From Escherichia coli (GTDB lineage: Bacteria > Pseudomonadota > Gammaproteobacteria > Enterobacterales > Enterobacteriaceae), in assembly GCF_014162235.1 (NCBI RefSeq), contig NZ_AP022221.1: a stretch of DNA of 32,000 nucleotides. One strand, given 5' to 3'. Position 1 is the stretch's first letter. Each line of letters starts with the position of its first letter. Positions 1 through 10,344 of the stretch are shown here, in pieces. The notes beneath the pieces were generated by a model. It did not search any database. It saw nothing but the letters and a program-made list of their open reading frames with translations, and was not told the origin of the DNA. The translations under genes and the position numbers were made by a program.

Positions 1-2
1 TG

Positions 3-1172
3 GCGATTTACGCCCTGCGTAATCAACTGACCGATGAGTGGCCGCAATATCCCGGTAGCGAGATAAAACAGATCGTTGAATATAGCGGCCTGTTTCTTGG
101 TGATAACGCTGTAAGAACGTTGACGGGGTTGATAGAAAAACAGCATCAACAGGCGCAGGTTATTTGTGTCGATAATGTGCTGGCATTGCTGCAAAGGGTG
201 CCGGGCATTGCGTCATTGAATATTATTGATACGCAACTGGTTGAGAATATTACCGGGCATTTATTACGTTGCCTTGCCGCACCAGTATGGATTGCTGAGC
301 ACCGCCAAAGCAGCATGAATAACCTGAAAGCCGCCTGGCCTGCGGCCTTTGATATGAGTCTGCACTTTATTACGCTACTGCGTGAACAGCTCGATATTCC
401 CCTTTTCGACAGCGATCTGATCGGTTTGTATTTTGCCTGTGCGCTGGAACGACATCAAAACGAACGCCAGCCGATCATTTTGCTCTCGGACCAGAACGCG
501 ATTGCCACTATTAATCAGCTCGCCATTGAGCGCGATGTCCTGAATTGTCGGGTGATTATTGCCCGCAGCCTGAGCGATATTACCGCCATTAGCCAGGAGA
601 TTACGCCGTTATTGATCGTCAATAACAGCCACTATTTGCTGGATGACGCGGTAAAAAATAGTATTACCATCAAAAATATCATTACCGCCGCCGGGATTGA
701 GCAAATTAAACATTTTCTTGCCACGGCATTTATTCGCCAGCAGCCGGAGCGTTTTTTCTCTGCCCCCGGAAGTTTTCATTTTTCGAATGTACGCGGTGAA
801 AACTGGCAACATATTACCCAGCAAATATGTGCACAATTAGTGACGCAACACCACATTACCGCCGATGAAGCACAACGGATCATCGCCCGCGAAGGCGAAG
901 GTGAAAACCTGATTGTTAATCGTCTCGCCATCCCACATTGCTGGAGCGAACAGGAACGCCGTTTTCGTGGATTTTTTATTACCCTCGCCCAACCGGTTGA
1001 GGTGAATAACGAAGTAGTTAACCATGTGCTGATCGCCTGTGCCGCCGCCGATGCGCGTCATGAGCTAAAAATATTTAGCTATCTGGCAAGCGTATTGTGT
1101 CAGCATCCGGCAGAGGTTATTGCCGGGTTAAAAGGATATGAGGCATTTATGGAGTTACTTCACAAGGGGTGA
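3..1172 (+). CDS. frvR: 3' part of PTS-dependent transcriptional regulator FrvR (runs off left window edge)
   Basis: Reading frame is open from base 3 (AIYALRNQLTDEWPQYPGSEIKQIVEYSG...) into the listed 350-aa ORF. Regulator/EIIA-like C-terminal content and position next to yiiG and fdhD match the known frv neighbourhood. Confidence 0.8.
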   Translation, partial: AIYALRNQLTDEWPQYPGSEIKQIVEYSGLFLGDNAVRTLTGLIEKQHQQAQVICVDNVLALLQRVPGIASLNIIDTQLVENITGHLLRCLAAPVWIAEHRQSSMNNLKAAWPAAFDMSLHFITLLREQLDIPLFDSDLIGLYFACALERHQNERQPIILLSDQNAIATINQLAIERDVLNCRVIIARSLSDITAISQEITPLLIVNNSHYLLDDAVKNSITIKNIITAAGIEQIKHFLATAFIRQQPERFFSAPGSFHFSNVRGENWQHITQQICAQLVTQHHITADEAQRIIAREGEGENLIVNRLAIPHCWSEQERRFRGFFITLAQPVEVNNEVVNHVLIACAAADARHELKIFSYLASVLCQHPAEVIAGLKGYEAFMELLHKG

Positions 1173-1175
1173 ACT

Positions 1176-1200
1176 GTGTCGGATGCGCCGCATCCGACAC
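1176..1200. terminator. Near-perfect 12-bp inverted repeat (GTGTCGGATGCG-C-CGCATCCGACAC), REP-like or bidirectional terminator between convergent genes
   Basis: Palindrome read directly; lies between the frvR stop and the yiiG 3' end. Confidence 0.55.
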
Positions 1201-1227
1201 TGCATTTATCACCAAAATCAAAAACGT

Positions 1228-1908
1228 TTAACGCAGGCTATTATAGTCATCGACCATTTCGTTGTACTCGCGTAACGCTCGCGGAAATGAGTCGTCGACC
1301 ATCCAGCTGGTGTTTGCATCCTGAAGTTGCTCTTTATCCCAGTCAGAGTACGGAACTTTATCTCTGACGCGGCGAACATATTTTTTAGCCTCGAGTTGAT
1401 ACTGGTCTGCCGAATTAATGAACGAGAAATTCATACCGCCTTTATCCGCTTCTTTGGCCTGCGCCACCAGCGTTTCCAGTTCAGAGACTTTCTTCATTGC
1501 CGCATCAACATCAAACTTCTCTTGCGAAATCAGGTTATTAATTTGTTTCGCTGAAATCATGACTGCCAGAGAGTAGTAGTGGAATGTTTTCCCTTCTCTT
1601 TGTTCAATATTTTTCAGTTCCGCAAGCTGGCGCTTATCGTTAATTTCCTGAATCGCCGCATGATAAGATTCTGCTACAGGTTCAAAGGCTTCAAGATTTT
1701 TTAAGAATGTCTGGTGCAGCGTTTTCCCTTTCGCAAACGCATCGTCTTTATAATTTTCCTGGGTGTAATATTTATCCATTTCGTTAATGGTATTACCCAA
1801 CGCCACGGCAGCATCAATATAACTCACCGCCACGCCATCAATAGGTTGCAGCGCAGGCGTTAACGCCACTACACGCATTTTGTTTATAAATAAAATAATA
1901 AAATTCAC
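1228..1908 (-). pseudogene. yiiG: 5'-truncated yiiG (DUF3829-type putative lipoprotein); signal peptide and N-terminal region missing
   Basis: From ALTPALQPIDGVAVSYIDAAVALGNTINEMDKYY to the end it matches remembered YiiG. The preceding MNFIILFINKMRVV is not the lipoprotein signal, and a hairpin lies immediately upstream. Confidence 0.65.
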
Positions 1909-1914
1909 GAAATG

Positions 1915-1953
1915 AATAAGTCCTGCAATTTAATATATATCGCAGGACTTATT
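1915..1953. terminator. Hairpin aataagtcctgc...gcaggacttatt (12-bp stem, 15-nt loop)
   Basis: Inverted repeat 1915-1926 / 1942-1953 immediately after the fdhD stop codon. Confidence 0.6.
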
Positions 1954-1957
1954 TTAA

Positions 1958-2791
1958 TTAATTGCTCAAACGCTGCGGATGGGTATAAACCGTTGCCCGA
2001 CCCGGTTTACAAAAGCCCACCAGCGTCAAATTACAGCGTTCAGCCACTTCTACAGCAAGTGTGGTCGCGGCAGACACCGCAAACAAAATCTCTACGCCAC
2101 ACATCGCCGACTTTTGCACCATTTCATAACTGGCACGACTGGAAACCAGCACCGCACCTTGCTGCCAGCTTTCCCCTTCTTGTGACCGGCGGCCTAACAG
2201 TTTGTCCAGCGCCACATGGCGACCCACGTCTTCATGCCCGCCGACCAGTTCGCCAGATGGCAACATCCATGCAGCGGCGTGAGTACAACCAGTCAGTTGC
2301 CCCACTGGCTGGAAATCATTGAGATGACGTAATGCATCATCCAGTTTGTTGAGATCAAACGTCTGGGTGAACGGCAGCGGCTGCACCGGTTTCCCGATAT
2401 CGTTAAGCTGTTCTACACCGCATACGCCACAGCCCGTACGTCCCGCCAGCGCCCGGCGGCGTTCCTTCAACCCCATAAAGCGGCGGCTGGAAAGCTCAAT
2501 TTGAACTTCAAGACCATTACAGGAAGGAACGACATCCATGCCAAAGATATCGCGCGGACTTTCGATTATCCCCTCGGAAAGCGAAAAACCGAGCGCAAAG
2601 TACTCAAGGTCTTTGGGCGACGCCATCATCACCACATGCGAAATGCCGTTGTAGACCAGCGCAACGGGAACTTCTTCCGCGACCTCATCTAACCGTGGGT
2701 GTTGTAAATCATCACGCCGCCATAACTCAATTTGACGAACACCTGTGATATTTGTCACATTTTCGATTTCTTTTTGCTGTGTTTTTTTCAC
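1958..2791 (-). CDS. fdhD: Formate dehydrogenase accessory sulfurtransferase FdhD
   Basis: 277-aa ORF with [10 protein letters not shown] motif; sequence recognised; divergent from fdoG. Confidence 0.97.
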
Positions 2792-2984
2792 TTTCTCTTA
2801 ACCAGATAAGAACACACACACCAACATTATGGTATTCTGTTACAAACCCTTCCTGGATGGAGGGAAATTGAGCCAATTCTGGACCTTTGCGGCCCCTTCC
2901 GCAAAGAAAAATAACTCCCACTCCCTGCACACGCAGCAAGCGAATGTAAATGGGACGTGACAATGTCGAAACAAGGAGCAATCC

Positions 2985-5900
2985 ATGCAGGTCAGCAGAA
3001 GGCAGTTCTTTAAGATCTGCGCTGGCGGTATGGCAGGCACCACGGCGGCGGCACTGGGTTTTGCCCCCAGCGTAGCACTCGCGGAAACCCGGCAGTATAA
3101 ACTGCTGCGCACCCGCGAAACCCGTAATACCTGCACCTATTGTTCCGTAGGCTGTGGGCTGTTGATGTACAGCCTCGGTGACGGAGCAAAAAACGCCAAA
3201 GCATCTATCTTCCATATCGAAGGCGATCCGGATCACCCGGTCAACCGCGGTGCACTTTGTCCGAAAGGCGCTGGCCTGGTGGATTTCATCCACTCCGAAA
3301 GCCGTCTGAAGTTTCCGGAATACCGTGCGCCAGGTTCTGATAAATGGCAGCAAATCAGTTGGGAAGAGGCGTTTGATCGCATCGCCAAACTGATGAAAGA
3401 AGACCGCGATGCTAACTACATTGCGCAAAACGCCGAAGGCGTGACCGTTAACCGCTGGCTCTCCACCGGGATGCTGTGTGCTTCCGCGTCGAGTAACGAA
3501 ACCGGCTATTTAACGCAAAAATTCTCCCGCGCGCTGGGTATGCTCGCGGTCGACAACCAGGCGCGTGTCTGACACGGACCAACGGTAGCAAGTCTTGCTC
3601 CAACATTTGGTCGCGGTGCGATGACCAACCACTGGGTCGACATCAAGAACGCCAACCTCGTCGTGGTGATGGGCGGTAACGCCGCTGAAGCTCACCCGGT
3701 CGGGTTCCGCTGGGCGATGGAAGCCAAAATTCACAACGGCGCGAAGCTGATTGTGATCGATCCTCGCTTTACGCGTACGGCGGCGGTGGCTGACTACTAT
3801 GCCCCTATTCGTTCCGGTACTGACATTGCTTTCCTGTCAGGCGTATTGCTGTACCTGCTGAACAATGAAAAATTCAACCGCGAATACACCGAAGCCTATA
3901 CCAACGCCAGCCTGATCGTGCGTGAGGATTACGGCTTTGAAGATGGCCTGTTCACCGGCTATGACGCGGAAAAACGCAAGTACGATAAATCCTCCTGGAC
4001 TTACGAACTGGACGAAAACGGCTTCGCCAAACGCGATACCACGCTGCAACATCCGCGCTGCGTGTGGAACTTGCTGAAACAGCACGTTTCCCGCTACACG
4101 CCAGATGTGGTTGAAAACATCTGTGGTACGCCAAAAGACGCGTTCCTGAAAGTCTGCGAATACATCGCAGAAACCAGTGCTCACGATAAAACTGCCTCGT
4201 TCCTGTATGCCCTCGGCTGGACGCAACACTCCGTTGGTGCGCAAAACATTCGTACGATGGCGATGATCCAGCTGCTGCTCGGCAACATGGGGATGGCAGG
4301 CGGCGGCGTTAACGCCCTGCGCGGTCACTCTAATATTCAGGGGCTGACGGACCTGGGGCTGCTGTCGCAGAGCCTGCCAGGTTACATGACGCTGCCAAGC
4401 GAGAAGCAGACCGATCTGCAAACCTACCTTACCGCCAACACGCCAAAACCGCTGCTGGAAGGCCAGGTAAACTACTGGGGCAACTACCCGAAATTCTTCG
4501 TCTCTATGATGAAGGCCTTCTTTGGTGATAAAGCGACGGCGGAAAATAGCTGGGGCTTTGACTGGTTGCCGAAGTGGGATAAAGGCTACGACGTCCTGCA
4601 ATACTTCGAGATGATGAAAGAAGGCAAGGTCAATGGCTATATCTGCCAGGGCTTTAACCCTGTTGCCTCATTCCCGAACAAAAACAAAGTGATCAGTTGT
4701 CTGTCGAAACTGAAGTTCCTCGTCACTATCGACCCGCTGAACACTGAAACCTCTAACTTCTGGCAGAACCACGGTGAGCTGAACGAAGTTGACTCGTCGA
4801 AGATCCAGACCGAAGTGTTCCGTCTGCCATCGACCTGCTTCGCGGAAGAGAACGGTTCAATCGTTAACTCAGGTCGCTGGTTGCAGTGGCACTGGAAAGG
4901 TGCGGACGCCCCTGGGATTGCGCTGACTGACGGCGAGATCCTCTCCGGTATCTTCCTGCGCTTGCGCAAGATGTATGCCGAACAGGGTGGCGCGAACCCG
5001 GACCAGGTGCTGAACATGACCTGGAACTACGCCATCCCGCATGAGCCGAAGTCGGAAGAAGTGGCGATGGAGAGCAACGGTAAGGCGCTGGCCGATATTA
5101 CCGATCCGGCAACCGGTGCGGTTATCGTCAAGAAAGGCCAACAACTTAGCTCGTTCGCCCAACTGCGCGATGACGGTACCACCTCCTGTGGCTGCTGGAT
5201 TTTCGCCGGTAGCTGGACGCCAGAGGGCAACCAGATGGCGCGTCGTGATAACGCCGATCCGTCTGGCCTCGGTAACACGCTGGGCTGGGCATGGGCATGG
5301 CCGCTTAACCGCCGCATTCTGTATAACCGCGCCTCCGCAGATCCGCAGGGTAACCCGTGGGATCCGAAGCGTCAGTTGCTGAAATGGGACGGCACTAAGT
5401 GGACCGGCTGGGATATTCCGGACTACAGCGCAGCGCCTCCGGGCAGTGGCGTTGGGCCGTTTATCATGCAGCAGGAAGGCATGGGGCGTCTGTTTGCCCT
5501 CGATAAGATGGCGGAAGGTCCGTTCCCGGAACACTACGAGCCGTTTGAAACGCCGCTGGGAACTAACCCGCTGCATCCAAACGTTATCTCGAACCCGGCT
5601 GCACGTATCTTTAAAGACGACGCCGAAGCATTGGGTAAAGCCGATAAGTTCCCGTATGTCGGAACCACCTATCGTCTGACCGAGCACTTCCACTACTGGA
5701 CCAAACACGCGCTGTTGAACGCGATTTTGCAACCAGAGCAGTTTGTGGAAATCGGTGAGTCGCTGGCGAATAAACTTGGCATTGCCCAGGGCGATACAGT
5801 GAAAGTCTCCTCCAACCGTGGCTATATAAAAGCCAAAGCGGTGGTGACCAAACGTATTCGCACGCTGAAAGCGAACGGCAAAGATATCGATACCATCGGT

Positions 5901-6035
5901 ATCCCGATTCACTGGGGCTATGAAGGTGTTGCGAAAAAAGGCTTTATTGCCAATACGTTAACGCCATTCGTTGGTGATGCGAACACGCAGACGCCAGAGT
6001 TTAAGTCCTTCCTTGTGAATGTGGAAAAGGTGTAA
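2985..6035 (+). CDS. fdoG: Formate dehydrogenase-O alpha subunit (selenoprotein; UGA read through as Sec), 1016 aa
   Basis: Two collinear ORFs (2985-3572 and 3621-6035) joined in frame through TGA at 3570: ...VDNQARV-U-HGPTVASLAPTFGRGAMTNHWVDIKN... Tat signal MQVSRRQFFKICAGG and CTYCSVGCG Fe-S motif present. Confidence 0.97.
3570..3572 (+). other. fdoG: Selenocysteine-specifying UGA codon; bacterial SECIS hairpin expected just downstream (~3570-3615)
   Basis: TGACACGGACCAACGGTAGCAAGTCTTGCTCC follows, resembling the known fdh SECIS context; the frame continues unbroken after the TGA. Confidence 0.93.
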
Positions 6036-6047
6036 CGGAGACGACAT

Positions 6048-6950
6048 ATGGCTTATCAATCTCAAGATATCATTCGTCGTTCCGCGACTAACGGTCTGAC
6101 CCCCGCGCCTCAGGCGCGGGACTTCCAGGAAGAAGTGGCGAAACTCATCGACGTCACCACCTGTATCGGCTGTAAAGCCTGTCAGGTGGCGTGTTCAGAG
6201 TGGAACGACATTCGCGATACCGTCGGCAATAACATTGGGGTGTACGACAACCCCAATGATTTAAGTGCCAAATCGTGGACGGTGATGCGCTTCTCGGAAG
6301 TGGAACAGAACGACAAACTGGAATGGCTGATCCGCAAAGACGGCTGTATGCACTGTTCCGATCCAGGCTGCCTGAAAGCGTGCCCGGCGGAAGGAGCAAT
6401 TATTCAGTATGCCAACGGTATCGTCGACTTCCAGTCCGAGCAGTGCATCGGCTGCGGTTATTGCATTGCGGGCTGTCCGTTCGACATTCCGCGCCTCAAC
6501 CCGGAAGACAACCGCGTCTACAAATGTACGCTGTGCGTTGACCGCGTGGTGGTTGGGCAAGAACCGGCCTGCGTGAAGACCTGCCCAACGGGCGCGATTC
6601 ACTTCGGTACGAAAGAGTCGATGAAAACGCTGGCGAGCGAGCGCGTGGCGGAGCTGAAAACTCGCGGTTACGACAATGCGGGTCTGTACGATCCGGCAGG
6701 CGTTGGTGGTACACACGTTATGTACGTGCTGCACCATGCTGACAAGCCAAATCTGTATCATGGCTTGCCGGAGAACCCGGAAATCAGCGAAACCGTGAAA
6801 TTCTGGAAAGGCATCTGGAAACCGCTCGCAGCTGTTGGCTTTGCGGCTACCTTCGCAGCCAGTATCTTCCACTACGTGGGTGTCGGTCCGAACCGTGCGG
6901 ATGAGGAAGAGAATAATCTGCACGAAGAGAAAGACGAGGAGCGCAAATGA
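6048..6950 (+). CDS. fdoH: Formate dehydrogenase-O iron-sulfur (beta) subunit
   Basis: 300 aa with multiple ferredoxin Cys motifs ([38 protein letters not shown]) and a C-terminal TM segment. Confidence 0.97.
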
Positions 6951-7582
6951 AACGACGTGACACCATCGTGCGCTACACCGCGCCGGAACGTATCAACCAC
7001 TGGATCACCGCCTTCTGCTTCATCCTGGCGGCGGTGAGCGGGCTGGGCTTTTTGTTCCCGTCCTTCAACTGGTTGATGCAAATCATGGGCACACCGCAGC
7101 TGGCGCGAATTCTGCACCCGTTTGTCGGCGTGGTTATGTTTGCCTCGTTCATCATCATGTTTTTCCGTTACTGGCATCACAACCTAATCAATCGGGATGA
7201 TATCTTTTGGGCGAAGAATATTCGTAAGATCGTCGTCAACGAGGAAGTAGGTGACACCGGGCGTTATAACTTCGGTCAGAAATGCGTTTTCTGGGCGGCG
7301 ATTATTTTCCTGGTTCTGCTGCTGGTGAGCGGCGTGATTATCTGGCGTCCTTATTTTGCGCCTGCTTTCTCAATCCCGGTGATCCGATTCGCGTTAATGC
7401 TGCATTCATTTGCCGCAGTGGCGTTAATTGTGGTTATCATGGTGCATATCTACGCCGCCCTTTGGGTGAAAGGCACGATTACCGCCATGGTGGAAGGATG
7501 GGTTACCAGCGCCTGGGCGAAGAAACATCACCCGCGCTGGTACCGTGAGGTCCGCAAGACAACGGAAAAGAAAGCTGAATGA
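6947..7582 (+). CDS. fdoI: Formate dehydrogenase-O cytochrome b556 (gamma) subunit
   Basis: 211 aa with multiple TM segments; start overlaps the fdoH stop (ATGA). Confidence 0.96.
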
Positions 7583-8508
7583 GTATTCGCATAATCCCGC
7601 AAGATGAGCTGGGTTCGAGCGAGAAACGTACGGCGGATATGATTCCGCCGTTATTGTTCCCTCGGCTCAAGAATTTATACAACCGCCGCGCCGAGCGTCT
7701 GCGCGAGCTGGCAGAAAATAATCCGCTGGGTGATTACCTGCGCTTTGCTGCGCTTATCGCCCACGCCCAGGAAGTGGTGCTGTACGACCATCCGCTGGAG
7801 ATGGATCTGACCACGCGCATTAAAGAAGCCAGCGCACAAGGCAAGCCCCCGCTGGATATTCACGTTCTGCCGCGTGATAAGCACTGGCAAAAGCTGCTGA
7901 TGGCGCTAATTGCTGAGCTGAAACCTGAAATGAACGGCCCGGCGCTGGCAGTGATTGAGAATCTGGAGAAGGCATCGACTCAGGAGCTGGAAGATATGGC
8001 CAGCGCACTGTTTGCCTCTGATTTCTCGTCCGTCAGCAGCGATAAAGCGCCGTTTATCTGGGCTGCGCTGTCGCTCTACTGGGCGCAGATGGCTAATCTG
8101 ATCCCCGGCAAAGCCCGCGCTGAATACGGCGAACAACGTCAATATTGCCCGGTATGTGGCTCTATGCCGGTGTCCAGCATGGTGCAAATTGGCACCACTC
8201 AGGGTCTGCGTTACCTGCACTGCAACCTGTGTGAAACCGAATGGCACGTAGTGCGCGTAAAATGCAGCAACTGCGAGCAGAGCGGCAAACTGCATTACTG
8301 GTCGCTGGATGACGAACAGGCCGCGATTAAAGCCGAAAGCTGCGATGACTGCGGCACTTACCTGAAGATTCTTTATCAGGAAAAAGAACCGAAAGTTGAA
8401 GCCGTGGCAGATGACCTCGCCTCTCTGGTACTGGACGCGCGAATGGAGCAAGAAGGCTACGCCCGCAGTTCCATCAACCCGTTCCTGTTCCCGGGTGAAG
8501 GGGAGTAA
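7579..8508 (+). CDS. fdhE: Formate dehydrogenase formation protein FdhE
   Basis: 309 aa with rubredoxin-like [12 protein letters not shown] / CNLCETEW / CSNCEQSG / CDDCGTY motifs; start overlaps the fdoI stop. Confidence 0.96.
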   Translation: MSIRIIPQDELGSSEKRTADMIPPLLFPRLKNLYNRRAERLRELAENNPLGDYLRFAALIAHAQEVVLYDHPLEMDLTTRIKEASAQGKPPLDIHVLPRDKHWQKLLMALIAELKPEMNGPALAVIENLEKASTQELEDMASALFASDFSSVSSDKAPFIWAALSLYWAQMANLIPGKARAEYGEQRQYCPVCGSMPVSSMVQIGTTQGLRYLHCNLCETEWHVVRVKCSNCEQSGKLHYWSLDDEQAAIKAESCDDCGTYLKILYQEKEPKVEAVADDLASLVLDARMEQEGYARSSINPFLFPGEGE

Positions 8509-8546
8509 TCTCTGACGTTTTCCGGGTGGCGCTGGTCGCCCGGATT

Positions 8547-8690
8547 ACAGCTCATAGGGTGTGACGACACTATCTCTCTTATTCCGCGTTACCACCTCAA
8601 GCTATGCTGCCAGTGCCTGTTTTGCCTCAATTTTCACACTGAACAAATCGATAACAATATCGATATCAAATAGCCAAATCTTTTTGCCAT
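8547..8690 (-). pseudogene. Degraded PIN-domain (VapC-like) toxin remnant downstream of yiiF
   Basis: Reverse-strand reading GKKIWLFDIDIVIDLFSVKIEAKQALAA*LEVVTRNKRDSVVTPYEL* resembles the N-terminal PIN consensus (LLDTNIxIDLL...). It is out of frame with the ATG overlapping the yiiF stop and is interrupted by TAG. Confidence 0.45.
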
Positions 8691-8932
8691 TACCATTCCT
8701 CGCGCAGCTTACGCTGGTATTCGACACCATCTTCCTCACTCCCTTGCCAGATGCCAAAAGCACTGGCTCTTGCTGTTTGCGATTGATTTACCAGGTATTG
8801 ATCTACCGCTTCCCGTAATAGCTCCGCACGAGGAAGATTACGCTGCACCTCGAGATCATCAAGTTGCTTAAACAACTCATTCGATAAATTGAGTAAAATT
8901 CTGCCCATATCTATACCTGCCAGAGAGTTCAT
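8690..8932 (-). CDS. yiiF: Ribbon-helix-helix (CopG-like) protein YiiF; antitoxin-type
   Basis: 80-aa [39 protein letters not shown]; C-terminus [12 protein letters not shown] is typical of VapB-like antitoxins. Confidence 0.8.
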   Translation of the reverse strand: MNSLAGIDMGRILLNLSNELFKQLDDLEVQRNLPRAELLREAVDQYLVNQSQTARASAFGIWQGSEEDGVEYQRKLREEW

Positions 8933-9022
8933 AAATATTTCGCCAATATCATTTTTGAATCTATGGAGAGAAAAGTACCCTTGCCGAATCTTTAAAGAAA
9001 GCTCATTTACGCATCATTTTTT

Positions 9023-9070
9023 ATTTTTGCGAGGCGTTTTCCAGATATGATGTAACAGTTGCAGTTATTA
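9023..9070 (-). repeat. Copy 1 of shared upstream element (TAATAACTGCAACTGTTACATCATATCTGGAAAACGCCTCGCAAAAAT on - strand)
   Basis: Direct repeat of 9460-9509 by eye, ~90 nt upstream of yiiF. Confidence 0.75.
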
Positions 9071-9150
9071 TAAGTTCAAGTAAAACAACCTTGTATTAAT
9101 ACCACAATAAGGGTATCTGGTTTTTATATTCAAGAATAAAAAAATTTTTG

Positions 9151-9369
9151 TCATTCCTTATGCTCCTTACACTGATCATCAACACCAACTACCTCCCCCT
9201 TTTGCCTGCCTCCCTTTGCTTTACGCACCGGGAATTGCTGACGTTCCAGATATTGCTCTACCGCTTCGCGTAAAATTGCAGATCGTGAAACCTTACGCCA
9301 GCCCCTAAGCTTGTTCAGCCGTTTAATTGCCTCTTCTGATAAATGAAGAAAAACCGTATTCATCGCCAT
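9151..9369 (-). CDS. yiiE: Ribbon-helix-helix domain protein YiiE (start at MAMNTVFLHLSEE; an in-frame extension to 9396 is possible)
   Basis: VFLHLSEEAIKRLNKLRGWRKVSRSAILREAVEQYLERQ is paralogous to YiiF; recognised as YiiE. Confidence 0.8.
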   Translation of the reverse strand: MAMNTVFLHLSEEAIKRLNKLRGWRKVSRSAILREAVEQYLERQQFPVRKAKGGRQKGEVVGVDDQCKEHKE

Positions 9370-9459
9370 TACCAATACCTTACATATATTACTCATTAAT
9401 GTATGTGCGAAAATTACGCTGAAAAATCATTTAAAAAAAGCGGATTTTTGCATGCTGTT

Positions 9460-9509
9460 TTGTTTTTGCGAGACGGCATCCAAAGATAATGTAACAGTTG
9501 CAGTTATTT
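9460..9509 (-). repeat. Copy 2 of shared upstream element (AAATAACTGCAACTGTTACATTATCTTTGGATGCCGTCTCGCAAAAAC)
   Basis: Direct repeat of 9023-9070, ~90 nt upstream of yiiE. Confidence 0.75.
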
Positions 9510-9609
9510 CAATTGTTACTCAAAAATGGTTTAGTAATAACCCAGGATGGTTTATTACTTTTAATTAAGCGGGGACACATCTACAGAAAAGAAACAACAA
9601 ATAATAAGG

Positions 9610-9729
9610 ATGAATTATGGGTGCTATAAATATTTTATATTCAAGAATATTTTTTTGATTGGGTGTTCATTTGCTTCATCAGGATGGTGTACCCGAAAAA
9701 GTCAGCAGCTTTACCGCACCAGGGTTTAA
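9610..9729 (+). CDS. Candidate 39-aa small lipoprotein: MNYGCYKYFIFKNIFLIGCSFASSGWCTRKSQQLYRTRV
   Basis: ORF translated by hand. AAGG just upstream of ATG, hydrophobic segment ending in lipobox-like LIGC, rho-independent terminator 24 nt after the stop. Below the ORF-track size cutoff. Confidence 0.4.
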   Translation: MNYGCYKYFIFKNIFLIGCSFASSGWCTRKSQQLYRTRV

Positions 9730-9752
9730 GGTGAAATCTACCATTCATAACT

Positions 9753-9782
9753 GACCGGTCAGTGCCGCACCAACCGGTCTTT
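9753..9782 (+). terminator. Hairpin GACCGGT...ACCGGTC followed by TTT
   Basis: Perfect 7-bp stem 9753-9759 / 9773-9779 with short T run. Confidence 0.5.
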
Positions 9783-9787
9783 AATTG

Positions 9788-10066
9788 TTAGTAGTAGTAA
9801 ATTTGTGGATAACAGTCCGGGAACCAGACGATTCCTTCTGGATCATCCCCCTGCATTACCCGATGACATTGGCGTCGATCATCTGCGCGACGGCGAAGCG
9901 TAGTATAGAGCCGCTTCCATTCATGATCGCCCGGTGTACTGTAGTTTACCCAACAATCCATTGAAGGGTGACGCCATTTACCTGTAAGTGTTGGGATCCC
10001 TGAATGATTATGCAGCTTCGCTTTACCATTACGATCCCTATCTTTACGCGTATTAAGCGTGGACAT
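9788..10066 (-). CDS. Hypothetical protein (92 aa)
   Basis: ORF only; lies in the accessory segment downstream of the 73-aa ORF in the same direction. Confidence 0.35.
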   Translation of the reverse strand: MSTLNTRKDRDRNGKAKLHNHSGIPTLTGKWRHPSMDCWVNYSTPGDHEWKRLYTTLRRRADDRRQCHRVMQGDDPEGIVWFPDCYPQIYYY

Positions 10067-10117
10067 TTTTAGTCTCCTGTTAAGAGTTCTAAAAATGTGC
10101 TTCCTTAAAATAGTTCA

Positions 10118-10339
10118 TCATTTTCCCTTAATTCGCATAGCGTGCTTTTGCACGAATTTCCGATACGCGGGGACCATTATGATAGCGTCGATGCCCACAC
10201 ATCCAACAAGAACAAATACAGGGAGTACGAAAGCAAATACCTGATGCTTTTTTGCTTCCATCGCCTGCAGTGCGATAACGGCAGCGGATTTTTTTAATCG
10301 CGCCATATGATGGCGACGTTCAGCACGATTACGGGTCAT
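10118..10339 (-). CDS. Small hypothetical membrane protein (73 aa), MTRNRAERRHHMARLKKSAAV... with one central TM segment
   Basis: ATG preceded by CAGGAG at 7-nt spacing; hydrophobic HQVFAFVLPVFVLVGCVGIDAIIMV segment. Confidence 0.6.
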   Translation of the reverse strand: MTRNRAERRHHMARLKKSAAVIALQAMEAKKHQVFAFVLPVFVLVGCVGIDAIIMVPAYRKFVQKHAMRIKGK

Positions 10340-10344
10340 AGTAA

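Noticed and set aside
3837-4601. 254-aa antisense ORF opposite fdoG
   Set aside because: Shadow ORF, no recognisable motif or plausible independent start context.
4869-5912. Long antisense ORF (347 aa) opposite fdoG
   Set aside because: Lies entirely within the coding sequence of fdoG; composition reflects a shadow frame of a GC-rich gene, with no recognisable domain.
8561-8818. 85-aa + strand ORF near yiiF
   Set aside because: Antisense to yiiF and the PIN-toxin remnant; no homology signal.
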